Position numbers and translations under genes: made by a program
In this document: positions 26,858-38,012 of the stretch, piece after piece
Numbering within the stretch: position 1 is the stretch's first letter
How the letters are laid out: each line of letters opens with the position of its first letter
Notes under the pieces: model-generated
Told to the model about the DNA's origin: nothing
The model's database searches: none
What the model saw: only the letters and a program-made list of their open reading frames with translations
From: Zootoca vivipara
Lineage: Eukaryota
Reading direction: 5' to 3'
DNA: 64,000 nt
Assembly (NCBI RefSeq): GCF_963506605.1
Contig: NC_083289.1
Coordinates: 25,172,001 to 25,236,000, forward strand

Positions 26858-28435
26858 TCCTTAGAGGTGGCCACAGAGAATGCCCTCTCCCAGGCCACCA
26901 TCCCACAGAGCTTTTGAGGGTGGTGGGACGGCTAGGAGGGCTTCAATCCTATGCACAGTTGCCAGACTGCAAGGCCTACTGAACACAGTGGGGCTTACTT
27001 CTAAGTAGACGGACATAGGATTGCCTGGTGAGCTTCTATACCAGGAAACTTATGACTCAAATCAGCTGCAGCCGCTCCAAGAAGGGATTAATTCTAAATG
27101 CAAAAATCATTAACATTTTCACCTCAATTTGGGGAGCCGGGCTTACGGAATGAGATGCACGTGAGCACTCCTATCCAATTGACGCACCCACAACCTCCCC
27201 ACCTCTGACGATGATTGCAACAGGCTCTCTTCCTTGCCAGTCATTAATGAGTATATATTCTATTAGGCTGGGGATCAAGTGTTAGCGGATCTTTTCTCTT
27301 GCAATATGGTGTTTCAGATTCCTATCCCATTTACCGAAATTAATCAACATCTGGGCTCCATATGGTGACCGTTCTCTCCCTCCTTCTCTCCCACCCTTTT
27401 CCTTCTGGGCAGTTTGGCAACTTAATCAGTACCGAACATTCCAGCGAAAAGGGTACCACTGGAGGCAGCATGAAACGAGAAAGGATGGTGAATTAAATTC
27501 AAAATGTATAACCCCCCCCCCCCCCGGGAAGCAGGGGAAAGGTGTTATGGCTATATTAAGGAATCTCGCCATAAATAGACTGATATTTAATGCCTCTTTT
27601 CCCCACAGCTGAGGATTCCATATGGACCACGTGAAGATTCGTCGGCAGTTAATTGTTTGCTGTGGGATTTCAGCTTAAAGGGCTGATTTGAAAGGGTTGT
27701 TCTCCGTTCCTGAGCTCAATGGAAATGCTTGCCTCCTCCTCCCCATGTTAACCCTCCCCCCCCCATGCAAGCTGCTCTTCGCCACAATGTTTTTTTTGGG
27801 GGGGGGGTGAGGACAGGTATCTGTATTGTATGTGTCTCTCCTCCCCTGGCTGTTATGGAGATTTCCATAATATAATTTCCATGAGAAAGATATCGTAAGA
27901 CAAAATGGTTAGTCTCCCACCCAAAGCTGGATTCTGGATCTAATTCTCGCTCCCACTCCGCTGGCTGATTTTAGCCAAAGAACGAAACTTTGATCAATCC
28001 CACTGCCCTTTCTCTCTCTTATTGATTTTTTTTTGCTGTGGTTTTTATCCATGTATTTTCTCATTGAAATTATACAATGGAAATTGTCATATTAGCGGGG
28101 TGGGGGCAGACACAATATGGATACCTGACTCTTTCCACCCTTCATGGTGAATGGCAGCTTGCATGGACTGCATCAGGCTTCAGGTGAGACAGGTGCACAT
28201 TTGAGGGGGTCCCCTGCAGAGGTGTAGGGGTCAAGGGTCACGGGGATTAGGGAGAGGATGAAGACCCATTTGTGTTTCTACAGCAGTCCCAGTCTCTGAC
28301 ATCCTAGAAATGCCCAATCAGCAATGAAAGGCAGACTTATTAGTCACGGAGAAGCAGTCTTCTTACCCCTTGTGCTGACTGGTGCCAAGAAGAGTAAAAG
28401 AAGATGAGTTAGCTATGGAGGATGGAATCCTAGGG

Positions 28436-28571
28436 CAGGCATCCCCAAACTTCGGCCCTCCAGATGTTTTGGACTACAATTCCCATCATCCCTGACCACT
28501 GGTCCTGTTAGCTGGGGATCATGGGAGTTGTAGGCCAAAACATCTGGAGGGCCGCAGTTTGGGGATGCCTG
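28436..28571. mobile_element. 136-bp palindromic hAT MITE, copy 4
   Basis: CAGGCATCCCCAAACT...AGTTTGGGGATGCCTG; perfect TSD tcctaggg. Confidence 0.94.
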
Positions 28572-30258
28572 TCCTAGGGCCTCAAAAGGGTTGCCAAAAA
28601 GAGAGAGAAAATGGGGTTGCCTCCCCCACCTTTGGCTCAGGCCCCACCCACTGCCCATGATGTGGCCCCCAACAGATAACTCCCAAGGGAATGTGGCCAT
28701 CAACAGGAAAAACTACTGATTTAGGGAGAATGTTGTATTTATTTCTTCTTTTCCTGTTTCTCTTTCAAAAATGCAAAATGCACCTTTTTCTCGTATGTTT
28801 TCCCCCCAGCAAGGGTATGAAGCAGAGTACATTATAAAAGGCAAGGGTATGAAGAGGAGTACATTAAAAGAGACACATATGGAATTTGGTGAAATAAAAC
28901 CCATTGCTCCCCATCAAGGGAGGGTGCTGTAGGAAATGTACAATTTTCAGGGGCCACAGATGTTTATAAAACCCAGAGAGTAGGTGAAAGGTTCCAATAG
29001 ACACCTTTATCTCTGCAGGTCTGAGTGACAAAATATAGGGAGCTGCTTGATCCCAGAATCTGCTATGCCAGATAAGCCGATTTATTTCATAAACCGTGGA
29101 TTTATTTAAATGCTGCGGGATGTCCTCCTCAAACATTCCAGTGCACTGATGCAGATCCTAGATATGGATGTGTGTATTTGCTAACTTAAGGGCAACATTT
29201 ACAATTAACCCACCTCAGCTCCTGACAAGCAATCCCCCGCAAGGGGAACATATGGCTTTCCATATCAAAGTGGGGAGAACAGACTGAGTTCCCTAATTGG
29301 GTTCCTGTGGAAATTAAGAGGGGTGTTTCTCAGGTACATACACAACAGATCTAAAACTCTGAATCAGCCTTCCCTCCAGATGTTTTTGGACTGCAACGCC
29401 CATCAGCCCCAGGCAGGACACTCATGTCTTTAGCCTTCCAAAAAGAACAATGATCTCTGGAAGGATGAGTTTCCTCTTGGAGCGCTGCTAATAGCTCTCT
29501 GCAGGTGCTGTTATTGGTGCTAATGATAAAATACTGGGCAGGGAGGACGGGTCATGATGTGAGATAAACAGCCCCAGGAATCCTGTAGCATGGATGAGAA
29601 CTTGCAGGTCTGCTGAGGGAGGAACTACGTGATATCTCAGCAAACCTGAACATGCTGAGATAATGCAAATGTGGGAACATTTGGCGGGGTGGGAGGTGGG
29701 AAGAGAGAATGGGTCCATTTGTAGGAGAAGGTAGCCAGGCAAGAGGAGGGAGGATTCATCCTTTCTGTACTTGCTGATTCCCCCTTGCAAATGCCCCCTC
29801 CCCAGCCTTTTCCCTTAAAGCTTAGTGGGCAGAAAACAGGTTAAGCGCAGTTAGAGGGGCATTCAGGGGAGACTCCATGGGTGGGAGCCAGGAGGGGAAG
29901 GGGTAAGCATCCCATCCTGGCTGGCATACTCCTCTGCAAATGTCCACTCCCTGGCAAACATTTGCACAGTGCAAAGAACTGTGCTGTTGCCTGTCTCATA
30001 CTGCGTGTCCGGAAGCTGACATGGGGCAGCGGACTAGCTGCTGTTGCCTGCCACTTGGAATCTCTCATCTGAAGCGGCTGCCTCACCCTGCCTATTGATA
30101 GGGCTGGGCAATCAAGAGGCCACTCAAGGAAATGCTTGGTAGTCTGGCAGATAAAAAGCCACAGAGCCCACGGAGATCAACATGAGCACAGACACTTGAG
30201 CAATGCAAAACACTCCCCCCCCCCCCAGGAGAGTTATTTTTTTCTCAGGGCAGTAACA

Positions 30259-30440
30259 GGGAATGGCCATAGCTCAGAGGTTAGAGCATCAGCCATGCAT
30301 GCAGAAGGTTCCAGGTTCGATCCCAGGCACCTCCAGCTAGGGTTGGGAGAGACTCCTTGTCTGTAACCCAAGAGAGCTGCTGCCAGTCAGTGTGGAACTA
30401 GATGGATTCAATGATCTGGCTCAGTATAAGGCAAATTCCA
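30259..30440 (+). mobile_element. tRNA(Ala-like) SINE, near full length
   Basis: gggaatggccatagctcagaggttagagcatc...gcatgcagaaggttccaggttcgatcccaggcacctcca, a tRNA-like head with A and B boxes, followed by the family body. Confidence 0.8.
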
Positions 30441-32470
30441 ATTTCCAGTGGAATGGGTTCAGCTGGAAATACCTCCTCTGATTAAAACTCTCTTTTAGTG
30501 TGCCCTGGCAGGAGGGCCTGGGTGGACCCAACCATTTCAGCCATGAAAACATTCATAAAGGAAAAGGGTGAGGAGGAGTGAGAGTGCAGTCAAGCGTTTG
30601 ACTGAACCGCATTGTTATTCAGCCTCCTTGCCATGTAAGATCAGTTTGTTATTTAAGGTCAAAGCGGTAAAACAAACTCATTGCGTTGTTCAAACAGAAA
30701 ACCGGGGACTTTGTTTATGCCATGAATATTTAGTAGGAAAAGGAAGGACTGCAACTATCCAGGTACCAAGTATGGGCAAAAGGGACCCTGTTTTGCATGC
30801 AGGTGTAGGTGCTTTGTGGCTGCCCTAAATTACTGAATTGATGAATGCCCTGTTGTAAATCATTCCCAGGGCGTAGTGAACTTCAAGGGCTGCATAAGCA
30901 TCACCATTCACTTTCCACTGCTATGAACATAAGAAGAGTTCTGGTTGATCAAGCCAAAGGTCCACCTAGCCTAGCATCCTGCTCACACAGTGGCCAACCC
31001 GATGCTCCAAGTGGAAGCCCAACAATGGAGGTAAAACCTAACCATTGTGGCTGGTAGTCATCATCTTGTAAAGTAATCCGACTTGGTGGTCAACACTACC
31101 CCTGGTGGGGATGAGTTCCATATGCTAACTATGTGCTGTGTGTTGAAAGTACTTTCTATTGCCCGTCTCGAATCTTCCAACATTCAGTCTCATTGGATGC
31201 CCCCCCCCAGTTCTAGCATTATGAGAGAGGAAGGAAAACATTTCTGCAACTTACTATTCATACAAGTTTCTGGAGTCCTTCCAGAGGCCATGGAGATAAC
31301 CTAAGTGAAGGAGCTCCATAGATGCCCAAGCGCATCTCAGCAAAGTTTAAAGATCTGCTCCTGGAAGCATTCAAGATTAAGTTGCAGGACAAACAAACAA
31401 AACCTCATTCCAATTGGATTATACTCTAAGAGCATTTGTTGTTGTTGCTTTTAATGATCTAACAGACTATTATCAGCGTTTAGGCAAAGGTTCAAGCTAA
31501 GTGATGGGACACCTGCTTTGCATGCAGAGGGTCTCAGTTTCAATCCCTGGAAGTATCTCCAGCTAGGACTGGGAAGTGGAGGTGGAAGTTGGGAAAGCTG
31601 AATTTAAGACTGGAAGATTGAGAAAGCCAGAGTGGCAGATTTGTCTGTACCTACAGCAGGACAGCATCCATGCAAGCCCTGTTCACATGTTATACTTTAC
31701 ACACACACACACTCTCCCCTGCAGTGGTCAGAAGGCTGCTTGGAGGCTATTTGTGAGGCATGGAATTAAATTCTAAGATTTGCATACATTTCTTTCAAAG
31801 GGCCCCTGAGGAATGCAGTTAAATAGAAAGTGAAATAAAAGGCTTTAATTCTATTGTAGAGGTTTTCAATCATTTCTCAGGTCGTTACCCCCCTCCCATT
31901 TCCAATTTGGAATCTGAACCACAAACGAAACCAGCTCCCTGCTCTTGATATGCAAAGAGCCAGACGGGTCTCTAAGCAGGTGCCTTTGACAAAGCAATAT
32001 AAAAATTCCTAAGTGTTAAAAGTGGATGAAAAGGAAGGAAGGAGATTGGTGAAGGCTAGATTGCCCTGTGAAATGGAGATGAAATAAACTCAGTCTGAAG
32101 TGTAAAGTTAAGGTACTGGGCCCCTGCGGTACCGAAAGGCAGCGGCAACGGAAATGCAATGCGACATGCCCACATTGCCAATTAAGGGAGCCAAATGGAA
32201 GAGACATGTCAACAAGTCGCAAAGAGGCCATGGCACAAAGCCGAAACCCAGGGACGTCACTGCAAAATCCCACGAGACTGCCACAAATATGAACACAGGG
32301 GAGACGCAGAGGAAGGACAAGGAGGAAGAGAAGCAAAGGACTGAAGGCAACCTCTCTCTCTGGTGACTTTTAAACATTTTGTGCAACTGAATGAGACCTG
32401 GGAGGTCAAGAAGCAGCAGGAGGATACAGTCAGGGTCTGGGTCTAAAAAATACAGATAGTTTGACATGAG

Positions 32471-32810
32471 TAGGGATGGGGGAGAAATTCAGTTCTGTTC
32501 ACATTCAAAGGTGACCTTATCTAACTCTCACTTTCTGAAACAATGTGAGAACCCAAACATTGCTGCCACCCTCTGAAATGCACCCTTCCTCAATGAAGAA
32601 CTCTAACAATGCATTATTTTAGGGGAAATGTGTACATTAATCAAGATGGCATGTGTTTATTAGGAGAAATCGTCACTGAAATGCCGACAAGTTTTCATGG
32701 GGGTTAAAAAAGAAATTCACAAATTGCTGCAGGAATGTGGAGAGCTGGATTTAAGACTTGAAGAATGAGGAACTTGGAGGACCCAAACCGACAGTTCCAT
32801 CCTTTCCCTA
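32471..32810. mobile_element. Old non-autonomous DNA transposon-like element
   Basis: Inverted ends tagggatgg ... ccatcctttcccta. Similar degraded sequence at about 55147-55325 and 62440-62715. Confidence 0.5.
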
Positions 32811-33335
32811 GGTACCAGGGAAAGTATGCAGACCTTGTTAAATGGGAGATAGGAGCTTTTAAAAAAGAAAACTAACAAAAATGTGACTAAGTACTTTTGG
32901 GTTGCTGGGAAGCAATCCTCTGGGCATGTGTCAAAAGTGTTCTCAAGCACAGCCATCAGCAGTGAGATTCAGATGCTTTCTTCTCTGCACCAGATTTATT
33001 CAGGCTGAGGAAGGAACCTCAAATTAAAGAACATACGATGAACCAATAACCCATCTAATCCATCATTAGCATCAGCATCCTGTTCTCACAGTGGCCACCC
33101 AGATACCTGTCGGAAAGCTGTGGGAGCAAGTTCTATAGTATGCGCAGGGTGAGGCATGATGATGATGATGATTCCTGTGGCTACAATTTATTATCCAGCC
33201 TTCACCCTAAAGTCCCAGGGCAGTTCCTGAATCATTGCAAAATGAAACTGGAGCAACAAACCCTGCATGAACGTACCCAGCGAGGGGCGGGGGGGGGGCA
33301 GTTGCCCCCCCCAGAAGCAACAACAACAACAAATA

Positions 33336-33568
33336 CCGTATTTTACGGACCATAACCCACACTTTTTCCCTCCAAAAACTGAAGGGGAAAAGTCGCTGCG
33401 GGTTATGGAAATCGGGCTGTTTCCGCCCCCTCCGCGGCTGCAGCCAGCGACAGGAATGTGTGGGGGGGGGAGAAGCAGTCCAAAATCGGGCTGTTTTTGC
33501 CCCCTCTGTGGCTGCAGCCAGCGACAGGAACGTGGGAGGGGGGGAGGAGCAGCCTGAGCTGGGGGGCG
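33336..33568. mobile_element. Left end of a Tc1/mariner (Tc2/pogo-like) non-autonomous element running into the gap
   Basis: TA|CCGTATTTTACGGACCATAACCCACAC terminus, then two GC-rich units of about 73 bp (aaatcgggctgttt...ggctgcagccagcgacaggaa). Confidence 0.65.
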
Positions 33569-33986
33569 NNNNNNNNNNNNNNNNNNNNNNNNNNNNNNNN
33601 NNNNNNNNNNNNNNNNNNNNNNNNNNNNNNNNNNNNNNNNNNNNNNNNNNNNNNNNNNNNNNNNNNNNNNNNNNNNNNNNNNNNNNNNNNNNNNNNNNNN
33701 NNNNNNNNNNNNNNNNNNNNNNNNNNNNNNNNNNNNNNNNNNNNNNNNNNNNNNNNNNNNNNNNNNNNNNNNNNNNNNNNNNNNNNNNNNNNNNNNNNNN
33801 NNNNNNNNNNNNNNNNNNNNNNNNNNNNNNNNNNNNNNNNNNNNNNNNNNNNNNNNNNNNNNNNNNNNNNNNNNNNNNNNNNNNNNNNNNNNNNNNNNNN
33901 NNNNNNNNNNNNNNNNNNNNNNNNNNNNNNNNNNNNNNNNNNNNNNNNNNNNNNNNNNNNNNNNNNNNNNNNNNNNNNNNNNNNNN
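33569..33986. other. Assembly gap (418 N)
   Basis: Run of N. Confidence 1.
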
Positions 33987-34424
33987 AACCCTGAACAACT
34001 CGGAATGTTACATACAGAAAGAAACAGGACAGAAGCAATACATGCAAAGATCTCTTTCCATTCTAAACTCAAGCTCAGATGAACTGAGAGTATCTTGATG
34101 ACCAGACATAAGAAAAGGTTATCCTCCTAGGAATATACTCAACCTCTCCCTTCATATAGAATTCTAACACCCATTGGTCTACCAGATAAATGCTTTAAAC
34201 GTGGGAGGATCAAACCCTTCCTAATTGCAGATTATTTCCAGTGAATATTTCCTCCCCTCTCCAGACCACCAGTCCTGACACCCCATCACTTCTATTTTCT
34301 AAACAGGGCCAAGTGCACACTTGACCTTGTCATCTAATGGGCACTAGGCAAACAATGTTTCATCCTCCCACACCCTTGAAGCATTTTAGCTCTCATCCTG
34401 CTCTTTTAAACTTTTGTGCTGTTT

Positions 34425-34426
<2 letters not shown>

Positions 34427-34464
<38 letters not shown>
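34427..34464. repeat. (GT)19 microsatellite
   Basis: Perfect GT run. Confidence 0.97.
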
Positions 34465-34467
<3 letters not shown>

Positions 34468-34845
34468 AATGCACATTGTATATTTATTGTAAACTTTCTG
34501 GGATATTTTTCAATGATCTATGGGAAATCCAGTTTGAATTCTCCCTGATGGGTGTGAAAACAGATTCTGCAAAAGTAGCTCTCTGCTACTGGTATCTTCT
34601 AACTCTTAAAAAAAAAAACCCCAAAAACCTGTATGAATGTTTGGCGTTCTTGAATGTTGGGGCAGAAAAGGCACCTTTCTTTAGGAGAAAACGGGTGACT
34701 TTTATCTTCTGTGTTGCCAGCAGTAAGAGATCCACAGCTGGTTAAATAGCACAGGATAGAATATGTTCCTAGTACAATGGTCCTAGTACACACACACAAA
34801 GTCCTCTTGCGCTCATAGATAACTTGCAAAATGAAAATCACGCGC

Positions 34846-34878
<33 letters not shown>

Positions 34879-36058
34879 AAGTCCTCTTGAGCTCATAGAT
34901 AACTTGCAAAATGAAAAGCTGGCTTTTTTTTTTGCCAGCAATGCTCCACTTAATTGGACAACTGCTGTGCCGTAATACCTACCCCAATCTCACATAGCGC
35001 AAAATTTATGCTGGTGATCGCTAACAAAAACAGCCCAATAAAATAGCTGGATTTATTTTACAAATGAAAAGGGCTGTTAACAAAGCGGAGCATCTGATAT
35101 GCTCACTAAATCAAGGATAAAAGGACAGGAGCTCCATTGAACGTCACCCCCTCCTGAGTTTTCTTCTTCTTCCAGAAACTTCAGATGAGAATGGTCCCCC
35201 CCCCCACTAAAGGTACATCTGGAATCATATCAAAGGGAAACCGATCATTTAAATGAGTTAAATTGCCATCACAGCCCCTCAATGGATCTGACAGTCTCAG
35301 CTCCAGGTTCATTTCCGACATTAAAAGGAGAAGCCTTTTTGCAAATTTTATAAACTCCCTTTCCCCGCATTCTCTAATCAATAGCTTAAGGCCAAGGAAA
35401 GTTTTGTTCATTATGTGAAGAACACAGATACATTGTGCAATTGTAATACGGATGATAAAAATATGCTGAATATGGTCCCCTGGAAGGTTGAGATGTGAGA
35501 GGCAGTGTGGTGTAGTGATCAAAGCAGGTGTGGGTTATAGTTTTGGAAGGTTATAGTTTTGGTTATAGTTTTGTAGCTCATTAGAAGAGCAGCAGCTTTG
35601 CATGCAGAAGCTCCCAGTGTCAATACTAGGAATCTAGATAGACCAATTGCTAGATAGACCAATTGCCTGATTCAGTAAAAGGCAACTTCATAACCTCTGG
35701 CCTATGGACCAGATTAGACCCTCCAGGAATCCTAATTTGCTCCACAATGATGTTTTCCCCAAACTTCATCCACCTGCCCTACATCTGATGTAAAAAAGTG
35801 GCATCTGGGCAGATTAAAATGTGGCTGCAAAATAAAATTTTTGGAGCCTTAAGGTGTGTTCCTGATTGTTCCTCAGCAAGTGGACCTTGCATTCAGCTTT
35901 CAAATGCAAGACAAACACAGATCAGTTGCACTCCAGAGTTTCTGATTATGAAGTCCTGAGTGCAATTGATTCATGCTGGGAGCAAAGCTTGAAGTCATCA
36001 CTAATGACCAGCTGATTGACGGGTGACTTCAAGCCCCACTGAAGTCAGGCACTCTGGA

Positions 36059-36723
36059 CAGGGTCGGAGCAAGTGGGGGGCGGGGGCGGTCTGCCCCAGG
36101 CACTGCCCTGGAGGTGTGTCATTCGGGGCTGCCCCCCGCCCCTCGCCTCTGCACGACAGCCTCGGGGGAAAACAACAACAACAACAACAAACTGCAGGCA
36201 CGCCGGCCGAGCGATTGGGCGCCGCGCGGGTGCCTGCTGGAGGGGGGGTGGCACTCGGGGCCGCACCCCCACCCTGCAATCGGCGCCTGAGCCTGGACGC
36301 TCTGTTTAGGCTCTGTTTAGAAGTCGCGGGGGGGGGCCACGACCCCCCTCTACCTAGCATGCATGTGCAGTGGGATGCTGCGCATGCGTACAACGTAGAG
36401 GGGATCACCCCCCCACGACTTCAAAAAAGAGCCTAAATAGAGCGCCCAGGCTCCAGGCAGATATCCCACTGGTGCGGCAGGTGCGCCGCACCAGTAGGCT
36501 ATCTACCTAGCATGCATGCTAGGTAGAGTGGGATCGTGCCCCCCACTACTTCTAAATGGAGCCTAAACGGAGCACCCAGGCTCCATTTTGAATTCACGGG
36601 GGGGGGGTTGCGATCCCCCTCTACATAGCGATGCATGCGTCGTTATGTAGCAATGCCGTGCCCCCCCCCGGGGGGCATGGCAATTTGCCGCCCCGGGTGT
36701 CGCGGTGCCTCGCTATACCCCTG
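36059..36723. mobile_element. GC/CpG-rich non-autonomous hAT transposon, 665 bp
   Basis: CAGGG...CCCTG termini with imperfect TIRs; perfect 8-bp TSD actctgga; internal inverted repeats. Confidence 0.88.
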
Positions 36724-37051
36724 ACTCTGGAGCATAGCTGATCCTTGCTTAAAAAGCAATGGTCTCCCAGCACCAACTTCTGAGACCTGTCTTTTAGGAA
36801 TGGCCAGAGCCAACTGGAGCATAGTTGGACCATTCCTGAAAGGTGACCAGAATGATACGATGGTGGTTGATGACACAGTTCATTGACCCCCTGAGTAACT
36901 GGCATGCACAGAATGATGAAACCTAAGGAAATACATGCACCTATCTGTAATCTGCAAAATGTATACAGGCCGCAGAACATGTAGTTCACCATATTTATTT
37001 ATATAAAAAAGCAGAATATGCACCATCCACTTAAGCCAAAGTTTCTTTCAT

Positions 37052-37147
37052 GGATGCTTTAGTTGAGATTCCTGCATTGCAGGAGGTTGGATCAGATGAC
37101 CCTCGGGGTCCCTTCCAACTCTACAATTCTACAGTTCTATGATTCTA
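37052..37147 (+). mobile_element. CR1 extreme 3' end
   Basis: cctgcattgcaggaggttggatcagatgaccctcggggtcccttccaactctacaattctacagttctatgattct. Confidence 0.85.
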
Positions 37148-37208
37148 TAAGCTATGTAAACTCTAGTCAAGGAGGGTGACTTTGGGAGAACAAAAGTATG
37201 CAATAGGG

Positions 37209-37344
37209 CAGGCATCTCCAAACTTCGGCCCTCCAGATGTTTTGGACTACAATTCCCATCGTCCCTGACAACTGGTTCTCTTAGCTAGGGATCATGGGAG
37301 TTGTAGGCCAAAACATCCGGAGGGCCGAAGTTTGCGGATGCCTG
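37209..37344. mobile_element. 136-bp palindromic hAT MITE, copy 5
   Basis: Perfect TSD caataggg; same body as copy 4. Confidence 0.93.
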
Positions 37345-37956
37345 CAATAGGGCATTCAGGGTTAGGGACCAGGAGGCAGCAAGCACCAGGCAGTGGTGAG
37401 TGTTGAGTACCAGGCACCTGACAGGGGTGAAGGGCAGGAGGTGGTAGCATGGGCACTGCCTCAATCTGAGTGGGGGAGGCATGATGGTGTGGGGAGTGGT
37501 GGCAGTGCTGCTGCTGGCGAGGTGGTGGGAGGTGCAGCCTCCCAACTAACCTCTTACTCATCTCATCACTTTGGGTGGCAGCTTCTCCTCCTCCTCTCAG
37601 GGTGCCGTCCTGAAGCAGCTTTGCACCAAAGGAAAAATACTCCCGCTTTGCCCCACCCACTTTTGCCTCTGGCCACACCCACCTCTGGCATACTGTGTCC
37701 TGAAGACTTTCTTCCCCCCTGTCCACCAGAGAAAATTCAGACTAGGTTCAAGAGCTAGAAGTTCACTTCTCTCTTGAAAACCTTGCTCCTTTCAAATCCC
37801 CTCTGGATCATAGATAATCTTATTATTGGACGTCTGTGACATATGGCTTTGCTGTCCGAACACGGCAGGGGGGTGGGAATGGAATTATTCTGTCCTGGAA
37901 AATACATTTTTATCCTCATATTGTACAAGAGCAATCTCCCCAAACTGTCAAAACAG

Positions 37957-37958
37957 GT

Positions 37959-38010
<52 letters not shown>
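37957..38010. repeat. (GT)n microsatellite
   Basis: GT run with one interruption. Confidence 0.96.

Positions 38011-38012
<2 letters not shown>

Noticed and set aside
27797-27808. G or C homopolymer runs as G-quadruplex signals
   Set aside because: Such runs are scattered throughout the window with no positional pattern relative to exons.
30259-30340. tRNA-Ala-like sequence (also at 10810, 35570 and 46590)
   Set aside because: Degenerate stems followed by a shared SINE body; these are SINE heads, not tRNA genes.
33191-34098. ORFs of 178-293 aa with X runs
   Set aside because: Artefacts of the N gap.
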